Notes: a model not told the origin generated them from the letters alone. A DNA stretch of 63,093 nucleotides, filler included, from Globobulimina sp. (GCA_003354225.1; 25 parts of 25 records of this genome joined end to end with filler, not necessarily neighbours in it), one strand, 5' to 3'. Shown: positions 47,935 to 60,567, numbered from the whole stretch's first letter. Numbers and translations are program-made.

Positions 47935-48164
47935 NNNNNNNNNNNNNNNNNNNNNNNNNNNNNNNNNNNNNNNNNNNNTTAATTAATTAANNNNNNNNNN
48001 NNNNNNNNNNNNNNNNNNNNNNNNNNNNNNNNNNTGCAACAATTTCCAGACGCAAACACAAAAAAAAACTGTCAAAAACAAAGAAAAGTAAAACTAAAAA
48101 AAATAAATTTGTACCACATAAACAACAGAAAAAGAAACCAATTTATACGACAAAAAAAGCAAAA

Positions 48165-48561
48165 ATGATATCACATTCTCAGTTGAAACTGATCATAAAT
48201 GGCTATATCCGACTTATTATGCATAACTATAAATGTCTACATTTTAATATTCCGGATCAAATCAATAACATTTGTGTCAATTATAGTTATTTAGATATCT
48301 ACGATCTAAGTTTAGTGAATGTTTTTGTGTTTCTTCTGTCTGAAAATCGTAATTAATTTATTTTATTCAGATCGTTTAGATTTTAATGTTGTATTTAATG
48401 CTGACATAACACGGCAAGTCAACAAAATATATATCAAACAATGCCAATATACGCTCGGTACAATGGAATCTTTTGAAGATATGAAAATATTTACCTTTGG
48501 AATTTACAATAATTTCCCGCAATTCCTTCAATATCTGAGGTATATATCTAGCACAAATTAA
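48165..48561 (+). CDS. Small hypothetical protein with LIINGYIR..IP..I motif, probably spliced
   Basis: Two adjacent short ORFs; the N-terminal motif recurs in the LRR protein on the last contig. Confidence 0.4.
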
Positions 48562-48712
48562 ATAAACGAGATATATTTCCCACAATTTTCGGAAACCTCA
48601 ACGAATTTCTCTCCAAATTATCAACTTTTTAACTATAATTTGTGCAGAAATCTGTTTTTTTTCATCTACACATTGTTGTTGTTCTGCATTCAGCGATTGT
48701 TACATTAAAAAA

Positions 48713-49993
48713 ATGGCACAGCAACGTAAAAATCCATTCGATGAGGAATCGATAATTATATATCTTAAATCATTGAAATGGATGAAAAATGTAATAGCTC
48801 TGAAACCAAACTTATTTGCACATTTTGTACATAATTTAACATATTACATTCACGCAAAAACCAACAAAAACGACCTATATTCCAGCAACAAAACGTATGG
48901 AATGCGAACCAGTGCCATGCGGATCGATGCATATTTCAATAGGAATATTTATGATGATATTTACGCCATATTTTATTATATCAGTACAGCGTTTAAATTT
49001 GTTAACCACTTAGTTGCGGAAAATAAAAACACGCCATTTCAGTTTGATTTTTGTGTATTATTTAAACAATTAAAGCAAGTCAGAAAAGCATGTACAACAA
49101 ATTTATATCGCAACACAAATCATCTTTATATCAACGATGAATATGACAGCAACGACAGCAGTGATAACAGCGACATTGAATATGATTATCATTCCTTAAC
49201 GCCGCGGTTCCAAAGACAGAAAACACCGAAATCCAAATTGTTAATGGATGTCATTGGCGATGTTAAACATCGATTGACTGCGACAAACTGTTCATTTGTT
49301 CAAACAAATATTAATTCTAATTTTAATAAACAAAATGACGATACTTTTGAACGTGAATTGTTGTCTCATTTTAATAGCACACACAATACATTCATGAAAA
49401 AGATCGGTTTGTCATATCTACGCAATCGCAGATTTATTGGTGTTGTGGATAGAAGGAAATGGGTACAAAATGAAGAAAGAATGGATGAATATGACGAATT
49501 TGTAATGTTTGAACCGCCCAAAAGTCAGAAATGCAATGAATTGGAAATGGATTCGGAAAATGCGTTTTATGATAAGCCATTACCGGAATTATACCATAAC
49601 AAATCAATGCAATGTTTGCTTCCTGGGGTTGGTTTCAATGAGTGTGGCAATGAGGGAATGAAAGGGAATGATGAGGAGTTAACAGGCGATGTCCAAGAAA
49701 CAATTGGTTGCATTTCTAAGTCAAATGGAGCAATGATGACGTTGTCATTTCATATTGAATCGAAGGATCAAATTAAGTGTTATTTGTGGTACGGAAGTGG
49801 GCATTTAAGGTTTTATCCAAATGATGTCCAAAATATATTATCCTTAGCATTTATGTTGGATTATCAAAGTAATGCTTATTTTTTACACGATTCTTTTATA
49901 AAACAAAAAGCAAAACAATTGGAATTAAAAGATGCTCGCTTTGAACATTTTTATCAAACAATGACAAATAAAAGATTTAAATACTTTTTGTAA
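48713..49993 (+). CDS. Hypothetical protein (426 aa)
   Basis: Long intronless ORF; no family recognised. Confidence 0.7.
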   Translation: MAQQRKNPFDEESIIIYLKSLKWMKNVIALKPNLFAHFVHNLTYYIHAKTNKNDLYSSNKTYGMRTSAMRIDAYFNRNIYDDIYAIFYYISTAFKFVNHLVAENKNTPFQFDFCVLFKQLKQVRKACTTNLYRNTNHLYINDEYDSNDSSDNSDIEYDYHSLTPRFQRQKTPKSKLLMDVIGDVKHRLTATNCSFVQTNINSNFNKQNDDTFERELLSHFNSTHNTFMKKIGLSYLRNRRFIGVVDRRKWVQNEERMDEYDEFVMFEPPKSQKCNELEMDSENAFYDKPLPELYHNKSMQCLLPGVGFNECGNEGMKGNDEELTGDVQETIGCISKSNGAMMTLSFHIESKDQIKCYLWYGSGHLRFYPNDVQNILSLAFMLDYQSNAYFLHDSFIKQKAKQLELKDARFEHFYQTMTNKRFKYFL

Positions 49994-50698
49994 ATATATA
50001 TATAAATAAACAATATGTTGTGCATTGTCTGTATACTTTAATCTATGTTGTTATAAGTTTAATGAATAATTCTTTTTTCCGATATTATTTATTTTAATAT
50101 AACAATTACCTTTTTGCGTTTGTTTACAATGAAAGCTAGAATTACCATTAATTTCTAAATGCATTTTCCCATTGATTCATCTCTATAAATTTATTAAACG
50201 TTTTTGCTGAGCTCTGTATAGAACAATTTTAGATCATTTACGAGCAAAAAATATAGAAAAAATTAAAAATTAAAAAAAATAATATTACACTAATATTTCT
50301 ATTGTGCAGATTAACACTTTTGTCCTTTTATTATGCCAAAAAAATCATAACTTCCAAATTGAACATGATTCCCTTTTCCAATTTGTAATTTATATCCACA
50401 TTTTAAAAATGTATCATTGTATTTCTTTATTAATAATCTTAATGATGACAAACTATTTAATNNNNNNNNNNNNNNNNNNNNNNNNNNNNNNNNNNNNNNN
50501 NNNNNTTAATTAATTAANNNNNNNNNNNNNNNNNNNNNNNNNNNNNNNNNNNNNNNNNNNNCATTTATTTGCTTGCATACATACCTTCCGGTGGTTCTTT
50601 TGAAAGTGTACTTCCCATTATTACTTTTAATTAAAAACAGCAAATCAACTCTGGGCATCTGAATTCGAGTGGTCATTTTTAGTTTTAATTCAAATATA

Positions 50699-52257
50699 TC
50701 ATTTGCTACAAGATAAGTATGCATATCGCGGATCCGGAGTATTTTTGTTAATCCATTTCCGCATTTTAGCTTGATATTCATGTGTTAATTTTGCTTTATT
50801 TTTTTTCTTTTTCTTTTTCTTTCCTTTAATAACCAATATTTGATACACACTTGACTTTTTAGGCTTAAACTTCTAAACACTTCTTTTGTGATTGGCAAGG
50901 TTTTTGGGTTAGTTAGAGTGGTTTTCAACTTTGAATACTAGGATTCGAAACCTAGGTCAACTTCGAATACTAGGTTGAAAACCATTCTAGCTAACCCAAA
51001 AACCTTGCCAATCACAAAAGAAGTGTTTAGAAGTTTAAGCCTAAAAAGTCAACTAATTTTAATCCATTCACATTGCCAAGAATCTTTGCTATCATTCTCA
51101 AGATACAATTTATTCAATGAACCAATCTTATCATTTAAAAACACAATATCATCGAACTCAAAATTAAATTGGATATTTGTTTTCTTTTTTTGTTTAACTT
51201 CAAATCTATATTTATCCACCAACGCATTTCCATGCTCTCCATATATGCTCAGATATAAATTGCCATTGCTCAATGCATAGGGTCCATTACTTGTTTTTAT
51301 TTCCACTCTAAAATCATACTTACATCCAACACCATATATATCCCTCACAATATCCTCATTGTTTGGTACGCAAAAAGCAGTTTCATTTCCTGTTAATATT
51401 ATATGTATCTCCTTTTTTATATCTTTTATTTGCAAATTGGTCAATAATTCACACAACTGATTACTATCTAATTTATCGTTGCTATCATTTCCAATGGTTT
51501 TTATTGTGTTTTTATTAATATTTATGTTTAATTGTTTTTCTTTTACATTTATAATATGTGTGATACTCGATTTCTTTCCAAGTTCATTGCATTTCTTTGC
51601 ATATGTTTTGATGATATCTGATGTTGAACAGACACAAATTATTCCTGGTTTGCCATAAAAATAATATCCAAAAAAGTTATTGCTACAATTTTTTAAACTT
51701 TTGAGTTGTGATAACATTTCATTTTCTTTTTTATGATGCTTTCCATGCAATAAATGATTAAAACGTATAAATGCAATGTATTCTGCTTCAGTTTCAATCA
51801 TTTTCTCTTCCTTAACAATGGCATGTACATTAACTGATTGTTTCTTTTTGTTGCTGTTATTTTTTGCTGTAAATAGTGATGAATTTTGTTTTAATTCATT
51901 ATTAAAATAGTCAATACATTGATAAATAGGCATATTTTCAATCTCTTCTTTAAATTTATCCATCAAATATGAAACGATTAAATCCGTTGTTTGTGTTGTT
52001 AAATTATTTTTATTTTTTGATGTATTTTTAACTGTGATAATAATGGATGAAGCTATATTATTGATGTTAAATGCAAAAATGAGTTTTACTTTAATTTTTG
52101 TGTTATTGTTGGTAACCGTTGTCGTGTAATCAATTACCATCATATCATTGTATATAATATTTCTATTTATTTTAACTTCATTCTCAAACATTAATTGCAA
52201 TGTATCAACTTCTGATTGTAACTCATCACCAAGGTTCCCAAATGATTTTGTTGCCAT
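50699..52257 (-). CDS. RWD-domain + PLAT/LH2-domain protein interrupted by a MITE
   Basis: LQSEVDTLQLMF and MPIYQCIDY are RWD-like; VEIKTS......N.YLSIYGEHG...IGSLNKLYLEND...WQCEWIKI is PLAT-like. Removing the MITE plus one TSD continues the frame SVYQILVIKG...EYQAKMRKWINK to TGA at 50699-50701. Confidence 0.75.
50852..51051. mobile_element. 200-bp MITE, 78-bp TIRs, 3-bp TSD (ACT)
   Basis: 50852-50929 is the reverse complement of 50974-51051 (two mismatches). ACT lies at 50849-50851 and 51052-51054. Relatives at 58271-58366 and about 60792-60857. Confidence 0.92.
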
Positions 52258-52314
52258 TTACAAAATGTTTTTGAAAAGTTTTTTCATTTCCCAGCTCACA
52301 AAGTCTCGGAATTC

Positions 52315-52988
52315 ATGTCGAAATGTCCCTATTTATTTATCTTTGCCGGAGGCCTTGGGTTATATGGAGGATATTGGCAAACTAGCAGACGTCAACAAAA
52401 AATCGAGTATCTAGATTTTATGAAAAAACGTATCAATGCAGAACCAGTGGAATGTCCCACCACGTTAACTCAAAACGTATTAAACGAACGTAAATTGGAA
52501 AGGGTATACATTGAAGGAATCCCAGACTTTAAAAATGAAGTAATTGTTGGTCCAGATAAACCACCGCCGTCCTCTGGCATTAATTCCATTGAATATGACT
52601 GGGGCGGATATGTTTATACTCCAATTACATTAAAATGCGGCAACACCATATTAATTAATCGCGGATGGATAACAGAAGAGGACGCTTTAGAATGTCCAGA
52701 ACGAAAACAAGAGAATGACTCGAATAATGACTCAAAACTTTGGACTTTTTATGGATTATTAACGCCTTTGTCATTTATCCCAGAGCAAATTGAGCCATTT
52801 GATGTTGCGAAAATATTTTGGCCATTCATCCATCGCTTGTCTATCAATACGCGATGGTCAAATATAAGTATCCCATCTGATGAGGTTCCCGTTGTGGTTA
52901 CGCTGACCGGTATCGGGTCCAAATTGCCTTCGGCCATCTTGCCGCTGGCCCAAAACAATCTGTTCGCTGCCCTGTTTCTCCTGATGAT
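52315..52988 (+). CDS. SURF1: SURF1/SHY1 cytochrome c oxidase assembly factor, 3' partial
   Basis: G.WQ..R...K, GGYVYTPI and ILINRGWI. The last 90 nt or so look compositionally foreign. Confidence 0.82.
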
Positions 52989-53088
52989 NNNNNNNNNNNN
53001 NNNNNNNNNNNNNNNNNNNNNNNNNNNNNNNNTTAATTAATTAANNNNNNNNNNNNNNNNNNNNNNNNNNNNNNNNNNNNNNNNNNNN

Positions 53089-55515
53089 TTTTGTTTTTTT
53101 TACTTTTTTCAATTCCTTTTTCTTTTTCTTTTTATTTTGTCGCTTATTTTGTTGAATATATCCATCGTCCGCATCCACACCAAATCCTAATATTGTTCCA
53201 AATCTACTAATTTTTGATTTTGACTTTGAGTCAGCTGCAGTGCTATATTTCCGTTGTTTTAATATTCGATCCACCTCATAGCTTGATTTAACACTACGGC
53301 CACGTCTGGAGCTCCCAGATAATGCCTCCGCTGATAAATACACAGGACATGCTTCGCCAACTATACTTTCACTGCTTTGTGTTGTTTGCAGTGTTCGTTT
53401 TCTTGCTGTTGGAAATGTTTTACTTCTATTCAACATAGGTTTTTTTGCATTCTTCCTTTCAGCATCCGCAGCAACGATACCTTTTATAAATTCAAGCAGC
53501 CCCACAATTAGATCCATACATAATTCACAAATCACATAAATAATTTTAAGCAGTTTATGCAAATACTGCGCCATTGACCCAATGTCTTTCCCCGTTTCTG
53601 GATTAGCAGACACCACATCATCTCCATCAAGACATTCTTCGTCACTTTCCTCAAAATCGCTATCATATTTCTCTGAACTGTTAATTTCCGTTTTGAATTT
53701 CGTATATTTTGAATAATAGTTATAATACCAACTGCTTATCCCCAACACCAGCCATTGTATGAACTGAATAGGTTTACTGAAATAAGCCATACTGCTAAAT
53801 CCAATAAATAATAATTCGTATTGATAAAATGATGTGTTTTTCAAAATGATGTTTAACAAACACGAAATCATTAAAGCAATCACAATCATACTGGTAATCG
53901 ACACATACGTCCAGTTCAATAATTTTACACTATAATCAATTAATTCATTCATCCAAACCAATAACTCCTGATACCATCCAAGGTTATCTTTTAAACCACT
54001 TACGCGAACCACCTTATTTCCCATCATTGTGGTAAATGCTCCCATTGTAATATCTTGTTCCTGTGCATCATCACTCTGTTTCTCCTCTGACACACTACTT
54101 TTCTTCGTTGGTTGTTGCTGCAGCGACAATTCGTTATCACTCTCATCATCCGAGCTGTCCTCGTTGTTTTTGCCTGCTTTCTCTTTATTTCTTAATTGCT
54201 TATTCGTATTCGATACGCTATCAAATATGCATGGAATAACACCAAATAATACAACGAGCCAATGCAGCCATAGCGGCAAGTTAAATTTCTTCGATCCGTC
54301 AATACTATTATCCTTAGACAACACTGTTTGAGCACAGTAAGAGTGACACACATAAGTCAATAACCTATACTGCAGCCAAAATACTACAAACCATGGATGG
54401 AACACACAATACATATACATTAATAAATATACAGTGGCCCACACATATTTGACCCAAAATAAAATATCCATTGCAGACTGAGAGCCATCCATAACAGGAT
54501 ACACATACAACAACATTTTATTGAGTTGTGCATAAAAAATAGTCATATCAAAAGCTACTTTTTTCGGTGGTGGCGGCAGTAACGGGTCAAAATGCGATAT
54601 AAAATGTCCCCACCAACTCGCTTTTAATTTTAATTGTAAATGAATGTAACATTTACCTTTAATCACCTCGTCGTTATATACATTATCTATGCATAATAAC
54701 GGCATTGTTAATCGTTTATACACTGCCGTCAATTGTAGATTATCCGTATCATATTCATCATTGTCGTTTGGTATCTGCAATATACGCGATGTTCTATTAT
54801 ATTTTAGCTTTAATAGCTGCGCAGAGTGCGGATTGGTATAAACTGTGCTATTATTTGCGTTAAACATAGTTTTTGTTTTTCTTTTCCGCGCAATCTTGGC
54901 CATTTGCTTATTTTTTTGATTTCTCCATTCCGGCGCTAGATTTACTTCAAACCAATCATCAATGATACTATGTCTTGGCTGCTGACACGAAAAATGCAAG
55001 AACAAATCAGCCAATTTGATCTCGACTTTGCCTAAATAGTCATCCTCTGGTCCAAAATCATAATCCCATAATTCGATGACTAAGGTACCCGTGGTATTGG
55101 TGATGATGATCGTTTCGTCCTCATTCCATTTCGGTTCATACTGATAAATATATCATATTATATGTTGTGTATACTGCAATATTACAATTACTAAACTGTA
55201 TTATGCTGCACTTTTGTGCTGTATTTAAACGCTTCACCAAAACATGGATCGTTATTGGTCACATAATAAATGCAATAGCCATCGGGCTGAGAGAATCTGT
55301 CGCAATCAGGCAATCCCTGTGCTTCTCGAATATTTACATACAATAAACCTGTTTGCACAACAATGAGCGGGTTATATTTCTTCTTCTTTGCTATGGATTT
55401 CGTTTTTTGTAACGTTGCAGGATAATTATAATTGGGATGTGCTTGTTTCTCTTTTTCTTCTTGCATACTTGCTTGATATTTTTGCTTTTGTAGTCGTTGG
55501 TATATTTTCTTAGTC
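53089..55515 (-). CDS. C2-domain transmembrane protein (MCTP-like), partial at both ends
   Basis: LYVNIREAQGLPDCDRFSQPDGYC..STKVQHNT|YEPKWNE..LVIELWDYDFGPEDDYLGKVEI across intron 55141-55196, followed by TM regions. Confidence 0.8.
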
Positions 55516-55615
55516 NNNNNNNNNNNNNNNNNNNNNNNNNNNNNNNNNNNNNNNNNNNNTTAATTAATTAANNNNNNNNNNNNNNNNNNNNNNNNNNNNN
55601 NNNNNNNNNNNNNNN

Positions 55616-58041
55616 TCGGAATGTAAACAAATCCCAAAACAAACACATGCATTCACCTCTAAACATGGTTATATTTATTGTGAATATTGCATTGATGGTC
55701 TAATCAAAACACAAAAACTCTGCAAAATATCAAATAAATGTATAACCCACAAAAATCCAGCAAAAGTTATTGATAATTTAGTCAAAACATTACGTATAAA
55801 ATGTCCCCATTGTAAGCAATCCCAACTACAACAATTACAGGAATTGAATGATAATATTGGCGATGTCTCAAAATCAGAACTAAAAATTGATGAAATTGAT
55901 GATATTGAAGATGATAATATAAATATACCACCATTCCCCACCTCACATGTAAATAATATGATGAATGAAGGTGTGAATGAGAACCAAATTGGTATCGTTG
56001 GCATTGCAGCGGCTAATCACAAAAAAAAGTATGTGCCTCATACATATATCCTTGCACTAAAAACTATAGTTTGCATCTGCATAATCACACAGTTTATATT
56101 ATTGCGAGTGGATAGCTACTATTAAGGACTTACCCTATCATTTACAAAATGATTGTGAATTTATAAAAATAAACTGTCCGTTATTTGATTTGGATTCAAC
56201 ATTATGTGATGTGCAGAATTTATACCCACACGAACTGAGAAACCACATTGGAAAATGCAGTGTAACTCATTGGCAACACATTGTGAAGCAAATCAATGAA
56301 ATCAAATCCATGCAGTTATCCATTGTATTAAAACAACAGTTATTTGGAGAAAAACCGATGACAAACACACCAAAAACACCCAGCAACAGCAGCAATACTG
56401 CCATGCACAGAGAGTTGCAGCAGAAAATGGACAAAATGGAGAAAAAACTGCAAGATTTAGACTCAGAAAATAGAACAAAAGATGTGCTCATATCCGCACA
56501 GAATAACACATTAAATTTAATGCAGAAAGAAATTGCCCATTTAAAGAAAATAATGGAACAACAATTGTCTAGCCACCGGACCACCTATCAAAGTGACATA
56601 ACATCCATGTTTAACCATAGTAATTACGCATTGAATGCGCATAAAATGCATGAAATGCAGCAAAATTTGTCGCAAACGCAAAATAAAATTGATTTGATAT
56701 CCAATGAGATGAAGGTGAAGGACAATTTAATATCCTCGTTACACTCACAAATCGCGACTATGAACACAATGCCAGCCATACAGCCTGGTACACCGCACTC
56801 GCACTCGTATGACTATGCCAGCCATTCTGATCCGGTGCTGTTATCAGCCAAATCCATGCACTCCTATTCCCCGCATAGAAACACCAGATACCACCAACAA
56901 CACATATATCCCTCCAAATCACTGACCCACATCCGAAGGAATGATAAGATATACCGCTCAGACAGCGGTGGCAACAGTAACGACGAAATTGAGCACGTAC
57001 CGATGGTGCCAGCCTACAGACATCGGCATGGACATCGACATAAACACAATCATAGCAATAATAAAGGCATCCCGCAACCACAGCAATTGATAAATACCCG
57101 GAAAAGTGTGATAAGTAAATCTAAGAAACCAGTGTTGTCATTGTATGGCGTGGGGTATAACGAAGAAGGTGAGATTGGCCTCGGTCATCGTAACAATCTA
57201 TGCTCATTTACACGTTTACCTTTTTGCGATAAATATGATATCATCTCCGTTTATTATGGCTCTCAGTCGTTTTTTTATTTAACTGCCTCCAATGAGCTAT
57301 ATTGCTGCGGCTATAACAAATACGGACAGTTAGGTTTAGGGCATACGTCTGAATATATTATCAAACCGACGTTAAACAAATACTTCAAATCCGAGGAGAG
57401 ATTTATAGATTTTATATCGAATTCTGTCTGCGCCTATCATACCATTTTAAAAACGCAAAAAAACGGAAATAAATTGTATGGCTATGGCTGGAACAACAAT
57501 GGACAGTTAGGGATTGGCAAGAAATCATTTAAAGAGAGTGTGCCCATTGAATTGACTGCGGATATATTTTACAATAAGAATACAGGAAATATCATATCGA
57601 TATCGTGTGGCTTTCATCACACTCTCTTCTTAACGGATGGCGGCAAAGTAATCTGTTGTGGCAATAACCAGTACGGACAGTTAGGATTTGGATCGAATGT
57701 AAGTGAGGTGATGTCGCCATCCTTTATTGACGGATTGAACTTATTTAAGAACATTATTGGTGTGCAATGCGGGGAGTATTATAGCTGTTGTTTGGATAAG
57801 AATGGCTTTGTTTTTGTATTTGGGAGGAATGATTCTGGCCAATTAGGACTGGGCAACGTCGTTAAAAACGAAGAATGTGTATATATACCGACTATATTGC
57901 AATATTTTAAACAAAATGGCATTGTTGTCACTAAGATACAGTGCGGTGACTATCATACCTTATGCTTGGAGAGCAAAGTGAATGTTTGTGAATTTGGGAA
58001 TAATGAATATGGACAGATTGGATGTGTTGGGTTGGTCAATG
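55616..58041 (+). CDS. RING-like + TRAF zinc finger + coiled coil + RCC1 repeat protein, partial at both ends
   Basis: GYIYCEYCI, LRIKCP, then (after intron 56029-56092) CEWIATIKDLPYHLQNDC, a coiled coil, and repeated G.N.YGQLG.G and CG..HT. Confidence 0.85.
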
Positions 58042-58141
58042 NNNNNNNNNNNNNNNNNNNNNNNNNNNNNNNNNNNNNNNNNNNNTTAATTAATTAANNN
58101 NNNNNNNNNNNNNNNNNNNNNNNNNNNNNNNNNNNNNNNNN

Positions 58142-58495
58142 TATTTGCCATTAACTTCACATGTGTGACTAAAGAGTGTTATCTAATTCACATTATATTC
58201 ACCTTCTTAAATCCTACTTTGCATTATTGCAGAAGTTTTATCAGCAATAAGAAGAGAAGTTGTACACATTTGACTTTTTAGGCTTAAACTTCTAAACCAC
58301 TCTAGCTAACCCAAAAACCTTGCCAATCACAAAAGAAGTGTTTAGAAGTTTAAGCCTAAAAAGTCAAATGTGTACAACTTATCTTCTTATTGCTGATAAA
58401 ACTTCTGCAATAATGCAAACTAGGATTTAAGAAGGTGAATATAATGTGAATTAGATAACACTCTTTAGTCACACATGTGAAGTTAATGGCAAATA
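58142..58495. repeat. Fold-back palindrome (156-bp arms) centred on an internally deleted MITE copy
   Basis: 58142-58297 is the reverse complement of 58340-58495 with two mismatches. The core 58271-58366 matches the MITE at 50852-51051. Confidence 0.9.
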
Positions 58496-58602
58496 TAAAG
58501 TGATGCATGCAGGCAAACCCCAAAGTTTTTGCTAAATATTAAAAAATATGTAACTCAGAATTCAAAAAAAAAAAAACTTCGACAAAAAAAAAAATTTGCA
58601 GG

Positions 58603-60567
58603 ATGCTTTCGTTTTTGCTGTTATTTTGGATCCTAATTGCTTTCGTCTTTGCTGTTCCTAATTTTGTAGAAGATTATGTTGCGATTAGTAGTATTAGTGA
58701 TCAATCATTATCATATTACGAAGGATTTTATTTCAGAATCGATTTAACGGAATATTACTGCAACAACACTGATGGTCCAAATCCTTGTTATGAAGGAACA
58801 TATGCCTACAAATTAGAGAATAAGGATGTGTATTTATATGCTGATGGTGATGGAGTGGATTTGAATTGGACAGTTGATCCAGATTACAACGCTGGATGTT
58901 ATCCTGTATTAGTAATGAGTGAATCCATGCCATGTGCTGACATTTGGACTGCCAGAGACTATATTTTACTCGCTATAATTAATAAAGTCAATGCTTTGGA
59001 TGAGTGGGGCAATATTGATTTACTTAACACATGGCGGGATAGTTCGGATATTGCTGTTACTGCTTCGATCTGCAGTAGCAAACCACCCACAATCTCCTGT
59101 TCCACCAATGCACCAACCTGGGAGCCCACCTTTGAACCGACATGGGAGCCAACCGTCGAACCGACCACTTCGTCACCAACCCTAGAACCCACATTGTATC
59201 CCACCGTCGAACCTACGTACCATCCCACGCCTGCACCTACTGCACCGCAAGGTATTTATCATATATCTATACGCAAATTCGCATGTAATGTGTACTGTAC
59301 TCCACACAGTAAAATATTTATTGCAACAAACACTGCAAACACCAATCGATGGCTTTGACCCATTTGCATTAAAAATCGGTTTATTTGTATGGACTGATCC
59401 CTTGGGACCCTCCTACGTCAGAATCACATTAATTGGGCCCAATGATAGATCATTTATGGTGTTTTTCACACAAAAATACCTGACTCCTGCAAATTTCTCA
59501 GATACTCCCATTGTCGATGTCAGTGCCTCTGTCTGGTTAGATGCGTACCAAGGTAACTCCTCCGGTTTTGTAGTCAATCCAACCTTATCCACTGCCGGTG
59601 AAGTCGTAGTCGATCAAGATTTTACCATGGCGATGGCCTATCAAAATTACACCCAATACGCTCAAAATTCAAACGTGACTGAATTTCTTGCCAATTATCT
59701 ACCGGATACTGCGTTGGTTACCTTCTACCGTGCATATCGCACCTCTGATCCTGACGACTGGCGATTTAACTTCAAACAGCTAATTGACGAGTTTTATATT
59801 TGTTTTATCATTACAAAAACTGACTCATTCCGCAACACTCCGGATAAAGGCTGTGTAGATATCAATGCCGAAGTCATAGACTCGCAGTTTGGAGATATTG
59901 CTTGCAATTGTTAAGTATAATAATTCATCGCAAATACGCATCACAAATAACGCAAAATCGCATACATAATGTACACAATTATAGATGGTGTACGTACGAT
60001 TTTCGATTCCAACACTTCTCTCCCAATCTCGCCACCACCCTTCACCATATTTTTCGAATACGACCCCTTCCGATTCAGCTATGCCGGCTATGTCATCAAA
60101 CCCAAAGACACTTGGGTAGCTTGGGGCGATTATTACAACTATGACACCGTCGATGCCATCGCATACCAAAAACAATGGGCTTTTGCGACCTACTGCGACA
60201 TTGACGGTGCAGCCAAGCCCTCAGAATTCATCTCTCCATTAAAGAACCTCAACGGCTTCTTCTTCACCACAATACCCCAAACCATGCACACCACCGTGGA
60301 AGATTTAGGCGGCAATATGCATCGCATCAACTTCTCCACCAACCGCACAGAATTAGCCAACTTCGATATGGATATGCAAGCCACCGGCTGGGACACGTTG
60401 AAATTCCTCACAACGCGGCAAATCACCTTCAATATCTTATACGGTGACAGTGGAGCGGATATATTCGCCTCTGGCACTGATGGTGATTACGTATTTTATG
60501 GTCCTGTGACGGTATATTTAGACTATGTGACCTATGCACCGACATTGGCCCCCACTGCGGCGCCTTC
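58603..60567 (+). CDS. Secreted/surface multidomain protein with PT-repeat linkers, 3 exons, 3' partial
   Basis: Signal peptide and PT(W/F/V)E repeats. Introns 59252-59309 and 59910-59984 join three ORFs. VRITLIGPND segment is weakly DOMON-like. Confidence 0.75.

Noticed and set aside
50506-50781. Independent 91-aa gene
   Set aside because: It overlaps, in another frame, the restored 3' end of the RWD-PLAT gene.
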